Of a stretch of DNA of 64,000 bases, positions 37,801 through 46,323 are shown piece by piece. The DNA lies in the IMG/VR virus record IMGVR_UViG_2585427757_000006. One strand, 5' to 3'. Source of the DNA: a virus. Its lineage: Duplodnaviria; Heunggongvirae; Uroviricota; Caudoviricetes. Both the position numbers and the translations under genes were made by a program. The notes below the pieces were generated by a model that searched no databases, was not told where the DNA came from, and saw only the letters and a program-made list of their open reading frames with translations. Numbering within the stretch: the stretch's first letter is position 1; each line of letters begins with the position of its first letter.

Positions 37801-39404
37801 ATCCCTGCTCGCATCAGTTTGAACGCAACCATCGCGGCCACGACCTTACCGAGATTAATTACCAGCTCTTGGTTCTTTGCTAACCATTGAGCAAGCTGAC
37901 GCAACCCATCGATTGCCGTTGTTAACCCCGAACCTAAAGAATTGGCAAACGAAATCCCTTCGGCGCTATTCATGATTGAAGCCAGTTCTTTCATCCCCTT
38001 CGATAGAGAATCCAGATATCCGGCCTGACCAACCCGATCAGCAAATAACGTGAATGACGTCTGAAGTTGCGCCAGCGCACCTGTGTAGGTTTGCATCATG
38101 TCTTTCGCTGCGTTCTCATTCTCCGCACGCAGACCAACAAACATCAGAGACAACGCCTGTTTTGCCTCAACCGTACCGCTGGCAACGGCTTTAGTCAGTT
38201 CCCCCATAGTGATGCCTGCGGCGTCTGCCATTGCCTGCATCGCGTTAGGAACGGCTTCACCTAATTGCTGACGTAGCTCTTCCATTGACACGACGCCCTT
38301 ACCGGACATCTGCTGAACGGCCACAGCCGCACGTTTCAACAGCTCACTATCACCACCAAAACGAGCAACGGAGTCCACCAGCGCCTTCAGAGAACCATCG
38401 GTTGGATCTAAGCCAGCAGAACGAAACTTCACGAAGGAGTCTGTTAACGCCTGCATCGCGAACGGCGCATTTTGAGCCATGTCTACGATGTACTTCATAT
38501 CATCAGCGGCAGCCTGGCCCGGGTTGGACTTCTCCTTATTCAACCCTCGAAGCATCACCCGCATACGTTCCATTTCGGCCGCAGCTTCAACAATAGGCTT
38601 CTGCCACCCAAACATGATGTCAGTAACCGTTCTGGCTGCATCTCCGATCTCGCCAAGCAGGAAAATGTTGCCACGAAGGCCAGAGAACATACCTTCTTCG
38701 TTACTTTTACCGCTATGGCCAGAAGCGCCGCTACGCCGCCCGCCACCACCATCGCCACTTCCAGATGTACGAACGCGTACCGGCTTGCTAATCAGTTGCT
38801 GACGTCCGATAACTTCGTCCATCTGCTCACGAACCTTTTTCAGTCCCTCGGCAGCCTGACTCGTTGTGACACCCCAATTACTGAGTCGCTTCGTCGTGGT
38901 ATTAAGGCGCGTATTCATGCCACTCACGGACGCAGAGGCTTCTTTGACCTCCGTACCAAAGCGGCTTGCGCTTTTGCTTGCATAGGTCGCCCAATCAGAG
39001 AAATCATTTAGCTCTGATTGCACTTTACGTAATGACGCGGTGAGTTTATCTACTGAAGAAGTTGTCGTATCGACGCGCTCAATCAGGGCTTTAAGACCAG
39101 AATTGAGGCTGGTGATGTTGCCACGCATTTTACGCGTAGCATCTGAAGCAAGCTCAAAACCGGCAGCTACATCCTGTAGTTTATCTGCCGTAGAATCGAG
39201 CTTGCTTTCCAGAACGCCAATGATACGGGCGACCGAACCCAAAGAGCGTTCAAAGGTTTGGATTTTTTGAGCAGGCTTTGTTACCTGCTCACCAAATCGA
39301 GTAAGCAGTTTCCCCGCACGATCGATTGACGCTGTAAACTGTTTGTCTTCCAGCGACAGGATAAACTCTACGTTTTGTGACATTCCCTTGTCATCCTCTG
39401 CCAA
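34830..39404 (-). CDS. tail tape measure protein
   Basis: 1524-aa ORF, helical/coiled-coil-rich with hydrophobic segments, downstream of G/T chaperones. Confidence 0.85.
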   Translation of the reverse strand: MAEDDKGMSQNVEFILSLEDKQFTASIDRAGKLLTRFGEQVTKPAQKIQTFERSLGSVARIIGVLESKLDSTADKLQDVAAGFELASDATRKMRGNITSLNSGLKALIERVDTTTSSVDKLTASLRKVQSELNDFSDWATYASKSASRFGTEVKEASASVSGMNTRLNTTTKRLSNWGVTTSQAAEGLKKVREQMDEVIGRQQLISKPVRVRTSGSGDGGGGRRSGASGHSGKSNEEGMFSGLRGNIFLLGEIGDAARTVTDIMFGWQKPIVEAAAEMERMRVMLRGLNKEKSNPGQAAADDMKYIVDMAQNAPFAMQALTDSFVKFRSAGLDPTDGSLKALVDSVARFGGDSELLKRAAVAVQQMSGKGVVSMEELRQQLGEAVPNAMQAMADAAGITMGELTKAVASGTVEAKQALSLMFVGLRAENENAAKDMMQTYTGALAQLQTSFTLFADRVGQAGYLDSLSKGMKELASIMNSAEGISFANSLGSGLTTAIDGLRQLAQWLAKNQELVINLGKVVAAMVAFKLMRAGIMGVVGAGSQMVSTFATMATAIQTPFNLGATAVTRFNRAARMGLAPIPSLIFAIRGAITGLKGAFAGLTAFIVANPIGAAFTVATVAVAGLITYMTMLRSETSKVVDEIRKIPEAMTAAKRAQMADRAEKLEKQILADQRALKTGEGVNYVSNSAGVITHKESKADIEARLKKNQEEYQKITGTIALGDGAVAKRLAKEAAESQIEKIRAENQIFAATFVKARQEALDKIQKINDDGSLSDDEKNKLLAPLRETVNKSYLEPAQKLVDSLSSRKNATEKQIATLNDQLEKAKKDGNTEQIQKLQGSIRGYQEHLEAVAQELTQAEFERDNAAKTGKGVMSNQGTVLGLGTTDKAAQKALAQYMRNQMDSATYQRTLPDGTPMMDFEGKPIIGPKQLKTQLNLQKASSASSLEKMSDEERTAAIAALTKAREQDAAAAEKAAQRSANASQRAAKKEQAAQQKLAAGYQKALDKADQLMGQMGESSKATVSFDQSLRDTTKSLTDLANAVPNEFITQEMIDKAKKRLEDLKNATPEYREMFNRRNVEQMISTWAPEADSIISAGYTPSREEKVADFEDTYNRNLKALIELRDKASDPKVVALYTKKINQLIAAGNTALIKETGTATQKLALEYENLAEQIESTWTDLFSGLTDVLTDFVINGKMSFSSLSQSILKDITNMVVKSQITLPLMNMLGMGTTAAGSSQSGNLLTGVASAVANQGVRMGNTVNGDKSVGEATKETSSSVTGLGQTTQQTTSAIGTATNAIGSWVSGLFDSTEAKDAETKAVKDSIFSMQNLSSVTGALSAAFAMLGANASGSGNKWLSFGATVASGLVSAWAGGGFDSVTSSSAKTATSSVADGTKGIPAIPKFANGGIFGKDGVIPLRAYQKGGIANSPQLALFGEGDMNEAYVPLPDGRTIPVTLSTDGMSGGGNVLSPVSIEINVHSDGSTTESGDTESIWNNAAQRMKAIALETIAQEKRPGGSLNPNTQRN

Positions 39405-39660
39405 ATATTTGCATCAGTTGCTCTTTGGCGTCAGGGTCTGCCTTATCCTGGCTTGGATCGTAGACTTTATCTGTTACGACTGGTCTTCCAATCCTGAGTT
39501 GCAAACCCTCCATGAACGCCTTCACAGCCTCGCCATCCGCCTGGGACGCACGAGCGACTTGTAAGTTGCGGACATCCTCTTCCGCACGCAGACGGTCTAT
39601 ATTGCGACTGAGCATCCAGAACATCGTGAGAGGAACGTTCAGTAGCTCTAATGGCGACAC
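39391..39660 (-). CDS. tail assembly chaperone T-like segment (probable -1 frameshift extension of G)
   Basis: Frame stays open upstream of the GTG start back into the 3' end of the G-like gene, in the -1 frame relative to G. Confidence 0.5.
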   Translation of the reverse strand: MSPLELLNVPLTMFWMLSRNIDRLRAEEDVRNLQVARASQADGEAVKAFMEGLQLRIGRPVVTDKVYDPSQDKADPDAKEQLMQIFGRG

Positions 39661-39740
39661 GGCGTAGTGAGCAACTACACGACTGAAATAGAATCCGAGA
39701 TCTATTGAGACGGTCCTTGTCCCGGATTCATCGCGGGAAA

Positions 39741-40058
39741 TTACTTTGCCCCTTCGCCAGCCGCTTTTTCGTTTTCTTCATCAATCACTTCCATAGCGAA
39801 GGTGAAGATCTGCTGGAGTTGCGGAACGGTCAGTTTTTCAAGAACTTCATCAGGTACTGAAGGGATAACCTTACGAACCAGATCTGCATAAGCTGTCACT
39901 TGCTCAACAGGAGACATGTTCATGAGATCTTTGCCTTCCATCTGCTTGATGGAAACGAACAGACCTACCGTCATTTCAACGATGGGATATTCCTGACCGC
40001 CAAATTTGATGCTTTTCTTCGGAGGCAGAATGGAATCTAGATCGAGTAATTTGGTCAT
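39741..40058 (-). CDS. tail assembly chaperone G-like
   Basis: 105-aa acidic protein between major tail and tape measure genes. Confidence 0.6.
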   Translation of the reverse strand: MTKLLDLDSILPPKKSIKFGGQEYPIVEMTVGLFVSIKQMEGKDLMNMSPVEQVTAYADLVRKVIPSVPDEVLEKLTVPQLQQIFTFAMEVIDEENEKAAGEGAK

Positions 40059-40113
40059 TGGTTAAAATCCTTTTAAAAGAGAGGCCCATCCTGAGCCTCT
40101 GCTTAATTACTGA

Positions 40114-40896
40114 TTAATCTGCGGGGTTAATCGTTACTGACTTAGTTGCCTTCTTACCACCGCTATTGCTGGTGAAGGAGATATTTGTAGAACCCTGCGC
40201 CACACCACGTACCAGACCCGTTTGATCTACCGTGGCCTTTTTCTGGTCTTCGGATTCCCAAACACCGGTTTTGTCTGCGGCATCAGCTGGAGTGATTTCG
40301 GCTGTCAGTTGCACAGTCTCCCCTGCTTTTACAGTTGGAGATTCCTGTTTGATCGACACGGTTTTTACCGGTTTAGGACCGCTCATTTTGCCCAGAACGC
40401 CTTCATCATCCGGGTATGCGCTGAACTGAACAGAGAACACACGAACATCATCAGACTGGTAGGTCATAGTGAAGTTGCCCGCGGTTGCCGCTTTCGGGAT
40501 GGTCAACACATAGTCGGTGGTGTCCTGCGGAGTCAGAACCAGCTCCTTCGCCACATCAATCAGGTTAACGCCCTGTGCAGATGTGATCGTGACAGAGCTG
40601 TCATCTTCGCTCAGAGTAGAACCAGGCATCAGGTCAACCATGTTTTGGAGTACAGACTCAGCCAGAGGCGCGGTGATGGTAATGTTGCGCCCCTGAACTA
40701 ATTCGGAAATTACGGTCTGCCCCAACTGATCGACGGTGACTTTCAGCGTTTCAGTGGCTACTTCAACCTGAACACCACCTTTGGTGTAACCCAAATCCAC
40801 ACCACCAAACGACACCTTACAGGCACCAAGTTTGATGTTTTTTACATGGGTATTAGACATTGATGGAAAACTCCTTTTTCCGTTAATTCTACGCAT
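40114..40896 (-). CDS. major tail protein with C-terminal Ig-like (Big_2) domain
   Basis: 260-aa ORF; C-terminal ...TVQLTAEITPADAADKTGVWESEDQKKATVDQTGLVRGVAQGSTNISF... Big_2-like; true start possibly internal Met (about 40860). Confidence 0.75.
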   Translation of the reverse strand: MRRINGKRSFPSMSNTHVKNIKLGACKVSFGGVDLGYTKGGVQVEVATETLKVTVDQLGQTVISELVQGRNITITAPLAESVLQNMVDLMPGSTLSEDDSSVTITSAQGVNLIDVAKELVLTPQDTTDYVLTIPKAATAGNFTMTYQSDDVRVFSVQFSAYPDDEGVLGKMSGPKPVKTVSIKQESPTVKAGETVQLTAEITPADAADKTGVWESEDQKKATVDQTGLVRGVAQGSTNISFTSNSGGKKATKSVTINPAD

Positions 40897-40934
40897 TCAT
40901 TGCGCCAACAGTAAGTATATACTTACCGATTAAC

Positions 40935-41441
40935 CTAATTCAATAAATAGCCAGCAAATTCAACAGGAATGCCTGCTTCTATTAATGCTCCATCATTTTT
41001 GGGATAAATGATTGGCATCGCCATCGGTCGTACCAGTCGAAAATAAACACCACCAGATTCCGTTTCCTCTACTGGAAACATCTCAATGATTTTATTAGCT
41101 TTCTCAACCGTCGTAGTAATTGACGAACCACGCACAATTATTGTGAATGATTCGTGGTAAAAGCCCTGTAGCTCATGATCGATGCTGATACCGGTATTTG
41201 GGTTAATAAGCAGGACGCCAGATTTCACATTGGCAGGCAAGTAGTGACAGAAAATGTCAGTCCCGACCGTGCCAATCTTTGCCTTCTGCATCAAACTTGC
41301 AAACGCTTCAATAAACACATTAACCTCTCGTAAAACCGGCTTTTCTGGCAGCCTCAAGAATCGCTTCTGAGAACTGCTTCTCGCTAATTTCCACCGCTCT
41401 TTCCAGAAAGTGTGGCCCAACACGAGGTTTAACACCGGCAA
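40935..41441 (-). CDS. tail completion / terminator-like protein (start uncertain)
   Basis: 168-aa ORF overlapping upstream ORF by about 120 nt; likely starts at a downstream codon. Confidence 0.4.
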   Translation of the reverse strand: MPVLNLVLGHTFWKERWKLARSSSQKRFLRLPEKPVLREVNVFIEAFASLMQKAKIGTVGTDIFCHYLPANVKSGVLLINPNTGISIDHELQGFYHESFTIIVRGSSITTTVEKANKIIEMFPVEETESGGVYFRLVRPMAMPIIYPKNDGALIEAGIPVEFAGYLLN

Positions 41442-41793
41442 TTGGTGGGTTTGTCACGTTCTTCATTCGAGAAAGATAACCGAGTCGGTATTTACCCAGC
41501 TCCATGTACTTAGCATAGTCACCGACTTCTACGCCCGGATGCCCCTGACGTGGTTTTGCTCCAGACACAGAAAGCTCAATGCGCAGCCCTGAATAACCTT
41601 CTTTAATCACCCTGGCAAAGATGGCTGTCTCCAGAGATCCGGTTTCCAGCGGGGCCATTGCACGGCTGAGACGCTCAACCAAACGCGCCAGCTTTTCCAT
41701 GTCCCGAATAAGATATCGCTTAAATGCTTTCTGGCTGTTATTGAGTCTATTCCCCGCACGTTTGAACTGATGCGCATCGTATTTCAGACCCAT
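41320..41793 (-). CDS. head-tail joining protein candidate
   Basis: 157-aa ORF in neck module by position. Confidence 0.4.
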   Translation of the reverse strand: MGLKYDAHQFKRAGNRLNNSQKAFKRYLIRDMEKLARLVERLSRAMAPLETGSLETAIFARVIKEGYSGLRIELSVSGAKPRQGHPGVEVGDYAKYMELGKYRLGYLSRMKNVTNPPIAGVKPRVGPHFLERAVEISEKQFSEAILEAARKAGFTRG

Positions 41794-42224
41794 ATATTCG
41801 CCCCCACTTCAAGATGCCCAGGTCTTCCTCGTAGCCCCCAGCGGCGATGAACACTGGACACCTTTAATTTTTGACCTTCAAGGATCAGCACATCATCAAG
41901 TTGTACAGCCGCTTCTAAAGGGACAACTAACACAGCATCAAACAGCTCCAGACTCGCCTTACCACGACTACCAGAGCTATCAGCACGAACTGACGATTTC
42001 TCATTACTCTGTTCGAACTTAACCACGCCGACATTCGTCTTCCTGACGAATTGTAATTGCGCCTCGCCGTAAACGTTCTTTGCGCCAAAGCGGTAGATCG
42101 CAATTTCTGTTTGCCACGAAATATTCATGCTCTCTCTCTGTTGTTGTCGGTCGCTCTCATTACTGGCCAAAAAACCTTTCGACCAAAAGTAAATAATGCG
42201 ACTGGCGTTACGCACGGCGAACAA
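41784..42224 (-). CDS. head-tail connector/neck protein candidate
   Basis: 146-aa ORF, position-based. Confidence 0.4.
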   Translation of the reverse strand: MFAVRNASRIIYFWSKGFLASNESDRQQQRESMNISWQTEIAIYRFGAKNVYGEAQLQFVRKTNVGVVKFEQSNEKSSVRADSSGSRGKASLELFDAVLVVPLEAAVQLDDVLILEGQKLKVSSVHRRWGLRGRPGHLEVGANIWV

Positions 42225-43041
42225 TCATACGGTTGTTGATGTAACTGACCAGCAAGCGCCAGGTACTACGAGCCACATGCACGTTTGCAGCTTTACCGGT
42301 ACGGTACATGTTGGTTGTTTCACCGATGGACTCTGACAAAATGCCATCCTCTCGTGCTGCGGCTACATCATTGCCATTTGCGATCTCACACGCTTCGTTG
42401 ACAACGGCAAGCATCAACGCTTCTTTGAAGTAGTCAGGGAACTCTTCAAACTTCTCCTGCGTCATCTTTTCCCAATCGACTAAATCATGCCGGTACGCTC
42501 CATCTGCTCCCCACGGAATGTCATACACATTCAGCATATTTTGAGGGCGATCGTATCGGTCAAAGTCGATACGTAGAATTTTGCGGATTGAGAACGGTAA
42601 AGTTTTAATTCGTCTGGTAGCCTCAATGAGACGCTTGCGCATTAAGCCTTCACCATCCGACAGCAAAGTGTCCCCATTCAGCATATCGATCGCCTGCATT
42701 TGAGCATCAGCGACAGTTGCAAACGACTGTTCTGGTATCGACAGTTCAAAACTATTCAGCAGAACATACATTTGCCGCTCTTCATGCGTCAGACCCGATG
42801 CAACAGCCTTCACAATGACGTACCGCAGATCTCGCTCTTTCTCAGAGAGCTGGTTATATTCAGCCGACACGACAACCGGAATCGACATTTGACCGCTGGT
42901 AATTTCTAGCGGCTCGCCCTCAACGAGAATAGCCCCGGGGCTGTCCTTTACTGTGTAGGTAGCAGATTCGATATCCAGCACGTTGAAGGCAAATGAAAGG
43001 GAAACAGCTTCACCGCTACGATACGAGTCGATCTGCGCCAT
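42208..43041 (-). CDS. hypothetical structural protein
   Basis: 277-aa ORF between capsid and tail modules. Confidence 0.4.
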   Translation of the reverse strand: MAQIDSYRSGEAVSLSFAFNVLDIESATYTVKDSPGAILVEGEPLEITSGQMSIPVVVSAEYNQLSEKERDLRYVIVKAVASGLTHEERQMYVLLNSFELSIPEQSFATVADAQMQAIDMLNGDTLLSDGEGLMRKRLIEATRRIKTLPFSIRKILRIDFDRYDRPQNMLNVYDIPWGADGAYRHDLVDWEKMTQEKFEEFPDYFKEALMLAVVNEACEIANGNDVAAAREDGILSESIGETTNMYRTGKAANVHVARSTWRLLVSYINNRMIVRRA

Positions 43042-43475
43042 TACTCACCGCCTTGTGCTTTCAGGATGCCTTCAATCATCTCGACAATTCCTTTCGCTTT
43101 GACACCAACCTGATTACCAATCACACGTAGACCGGCAATGCCTTCATTGTCTGCAATTGACTCCAACTCTTCTCGTGTGAAAGTCTGGATCTGTTTGGCC
43201 GGTTCATCTGGTGTCCCACGTTTCATTGGCACAATGTCAGGTGCTGCTGGCTCGGTAATCAGGTCTGCGGTCAACTCGCCACGATCACTGTATGCGGCAG
43301 ACGGAGAAACATTTTTGCCCTCGACTGTTGATGCTCGCATTGAGGCACAAATCCTTTGCTGATCGATAAAAGGCAACTCCGCTACGGACACCCCGTTCTC
43401 GAACTGAACGCCGCACAGCATTCCCGAATAACCGGAAAATTGCGGTTCTAATAAAACAATTTTTGCTGGTTTCAT
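43041..43475 (-). CDS. hypothetical structural protein
   Basis: 144-aa ORF, position-based. Confidence 0.4.
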   Translation of the reverse strand: MKPAKIVLLEPQFSGYSGMLCGVQFENGVSVAELPFIDQQRICASMRASTVEGKNVSPSAAYSDRGELTADLITEPAAPDIVPMKRGTPDEPAKQIQTFTREELESIADNEGIAGLRVIGNQVGVKAKGIVEMIEGILKAQGGE

Positions 43476-43519
43476 AACGCTTTCTCTCCTCTTGGGCGGC
43501 TTTCGCCGCCCAATGTCGG

Positions 43520-44440
43520 TTATTCCTGTGCGGCAGTGACCTCTACGGTCGCTGTCGCTTTGTGGCTACCATCTTGGGTAGTAACCTCGATTGTGGCAGT
43601 ACCAGCCGCAACACCAGTTACAACACCGGTTTCGCTGTCCACCGTTGCAAACTCGGTATTTTTAGATTCCCAAGTAACGGTTTTATTTGTGGCTCCTGCC
43701 GGCTCGACATTTGCGGTCAGCTGAACAGTTTTGCTTGCCTCAACGGTTGTGCTATTTGGGTCGATTTCGACGCCTGTAACAGCCACAACAGGCGCAGTTA
43801 CTTCCACCGTTGCAGTTGCCTTTTTGCTACCATCTTGGGAAACGATCTCAATCGTCGCAGTGCCAACTTCTACACCAGTTACGTTCCCGCTCTGGTCTAC
43901 CGTTGCCTTATCTTCATTTTTGGAAGACCAGGTAACAGCCTTATTCGTCGCATTTGACGGCTGAACATTCGCTTTCAGACTGACTGATTTCCCTTTCTCA
44001 ACAGACGTTGATTCTGGCGTTACCGTTACGGATTGAACGGCTACCGGATTTACGGTGACTTCCACTGAAGCGGAAAGCTGGGTTTCCTGATCAGTTGCAG
44101 TAATTTTTACTTTGCCTGGGGCTACGCCAGTTACTAATCCAGTGCCGTTAACGGTTGCAATTTGATCATTGGCTGACTTCCAGGTAAATGAACTGGCACT
44201 CTTACCCATACTAATACCTGCACTAAGTTGAACAGTTTTCCCAACCAAAACTGATGGTGAAGCCGGAGTTATGTTTACGGATTGGGAGAAGGGAACCGCC
44301 TGCAAACAAGCAGATAGCTGACTTTGTTGCCGCTCGGTTAAAGGTTCATCGGAGATAGAATTGGTAAATCCGGCGCGGCACATATGCCCCGTAAAATCCG
44401 AAAATGCCTCTTCCGTAATCTTCATCTTTTGTTCTGGCAT
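43520..44440 (-). CDS. capsid decoration-like protein with three tandem Ig-like (Big_2) domains
   Basis: 306-aa ORF; three repeats of ...TVQLSA/TANV.P..ATNK.VTW.SKN...ATVD..G.VTGV..GTATI...; immediately downstream of major capsid gene. Confidence 0.65.
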   Translation of the reverse strand: MPEQKMKITEEAFSDFTGHMCRAGFTNSISDEPLTERQQSQLSACLQAVPFSQSVNITPASPSVLVGKTVQLSAGISMGKSASSFTWKSANDQIATVNGTGLVTGVAPGKVKITATDQETQLSASVEVTVNPVAVQSVTVTPESTSVEKGKSVSLKANVQPSNATNKAVTWSSKNEDKATVDQSGNVTGVEVGTATIEIVSQDGSKKATATVEVTAPVVAVTGVEIDPNSTTVEASKTVQLTANVEPAGATNKTVTWESKNTEFATVDSETGVVTGVAAGTATIEVTTQDGSHKATATVEVTAAQE

Positions 44441-44513
44441 TTCTTGCTCCTACAAAAAGGGGGGGCGTATAGCCCACCCTTAAACATAGATAATTACTTA
44501 TCTACCACACTGA

Positions 44514-45389
44514 TTAAATTTTTACATTGGTCAGTGCAGCGATAGCCTTATCGTGCTTATTCGCCAGAGAGCAGTACCACTTCACACGGGTACGTACTGC
44601 GTCTTTGTTCTGTACAGTACCAATGTTTTCAACAACGATACCTGCGTTGTCGCCGCCATACAGACCAGTAACGCCGTTCTCTTCTGACAGATGCAGGCAG
44701 TAGATGCTTGCTTTGCCAGCATCGGTCGGGATGAAGTCGTTTACGATAAACGGAACGCCGTTATGGCACAGCATTGGTCGACCGAAGTTTTCCATCATGA
44801 TTTCGGACGGGCCTACGTTTACAGTTCGCAGCAGCGCACGGTAAGCGCGAAGATGCTCAGAACGCATCATGATGCAGTCAGCACCAAGATCTTTCACCGC
44901 ATCGACCAGTTCGTCGAACATGGAGAAAGTCATAGATGCACCTGCAATGTCGATCTTCTGATCTGCGTGCATCAGGCGTGGAATGCCGTCGAAGGCTTTG
45001 TTGTTAGTGGTGGAGTCGCCAACAATCAGATTGCGACGGAAGGCACGAGCCAGACCTTTGACTTTCTGACGAACCTGGATAGCCAGCTGGTTGTTGGTAT
45101 CAGCCATAGTGGTAGCCAGGAATTTGTCGACGTCAACGTCGCCAGCCAGAATGCGCAGCTTCGCAACTTTCTCTTCGAAGGTTGCTGCACCTTCGGTGAT
45201 GGTGTCGTTCACATCAATGAAAGTAGCTTCGCTCAGCGTTTTTTCACGGTTGTACAGATATGCCTTTGAATTAATTTTCATAAAAGGCAGGATGGCAAAC
45301 AGGTCATCGCGATCGATGATAGTTTCGATCACACCCTGTTCAAGTTCGTTGTTAGACAGCTTTTCAGCTTCTTCACGCAGTAATGGCAT
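44514..45389 (-). CDS. major capsid protein
   Basis: 291-aa ORF between scaffold-like and decoration genes. Confidence 0.7.
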   Translation of the reverse strand: MPLLREEAEKLSNNELEQGVIETIIDRDDLFAILPFMKINSKAYLYNREKTLSEATFIDVNDTITEGAATFEEKVAKLRILAGDVDVDKFLATTMADTNNQLAIQVRQKVKGLARAFRRNLIVGDSTTNNKAFDGIPRLMHADQKIDIAGASMTFSMFDELVDAVKDLGADCIMMRSEHLRAYRALLRTVNVGPSEIMMENFGRPMLCHNGVPFIVNDFIPTDAGKASIYCLHLSEENGVTGLYGGDNAGIVVENIGTVQNKDAVRTRVKWYCSLANKHDKAIAALTNVKI

Positions 45390-45414
45390 CTATCAATTCC
45401 CTTTGATTTAGATG

Positions 45415-46302
45415 TTACTTAAGTCCAATTTTCCCCAGACCGGAGGCCAACTTATCCATAGTCGACTTGTTCTTCGGTTGGGATATTGTGTAGGTCGATT
45501 TGGAATGTGAGCCTACACCCTGCTTGGCTTCGCTACGCATCAATGCGTCAGCTTCCGGATCTGCCCGCACAATGCGTTCAATCGCGGATTCAAACGGCAA
45601 CGGCTTACCTTCACCGTCAACCAGAACAGCTCGTTCTTTATGACCTGCCGGTTTGTCATAACCCACTACGCTACCGTCTTCACCCACTTCAAAATGAGAA
45701 CCGTAGATCACGCGGGCTTTTGCCGGGGTCATCAGAACTTTGTCACGTAGGAAGAGAGAGTTACTGAAGGAAGCGCCCACGGTCATCTCGACTAATTGAG
45801 ATTTCAGTGATGCGTTTTCACTTTCCAGTGCTGTATAACGTTCGTCACGCTGTGCCAGCTCTGCCTGGTGTGCTTCGATCATCTGTTTTTTAACAGCATC
45901 GAACTCACCACGACGCTCCAGTTCAGCTTGCTCCGCCTCACGACGTGCATTTTCTGCGGCCTGTTCAGCTTCTAAAAGCTGGCGAGCACGCGCCGGGTCG
46001 ATATCACCGTACTGAGCAAGCTGATCGGCCAATGTGCGCTCTTTCTCTTTGCGCTTCATGTTCTCTTTCAGCAGTTCAGCACCAGCTTTCTTGGTTTTAC
46101 GAAGTTCGGCCAGTAACTCTTCCTGAGTCATGCCAGCGTATTCGTCATCGCCCTTCGGCTGCTCTTTTTGTTCACCCTGTTTGTCAGGATCTTGTGTGCT
46201 CTGCTCATTATCAGCAGCTACACCGCCAGCGCCTCCACGCTCATGCGCTTCAGCGACATCCATCAGACCACGACGGGCCAAAAGCATTTGCCACAGATTC
46301 AT
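45415..46302 (-). CDS. scaffolding protein
   Basis: 295-aa charged, coiled-coil-rich protein (EAEQAAENARREAEQAELERR...) between portal and capsid genes. Confidence 0.6.
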   Translation of the reverse strand: MNLWQMLLARRGLMDVAEAHERGGAGGVAADNEQSTQDPDKQGEQKEQPKGDDEYAGMTQEELLAELRKTKKAGAELLKENMKRKEKERTLADQLAQYGDIDPARARQLLEAEQAAENARREAEQAELERRGEFDAVKKQMIEAHQAELAQRDERYTALESENASLKSQLVEMTVGASFSNSLFLRDKVLMTPAKARVIYGSHFEVGEDGSVVGYDKPAGHKERAVLVDGEGKPLPFESAIERIVRADPEADALMRSEAKQGVGSHSKSTYTISQPKNKSTMDKLASGLGKIGLK

Positions 46303-46323
46303 AAAAATTCCTTTTGTTACTTA

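Noticed and set aside
34924-39270. Multiple plus-strand ORFs inside the tape measure gene (e.g. 35218-35652, 37444-37890, 38472-39011)
   Set aside because: Antisense to a long, well-supported minus-strand gene; typical artefacts.
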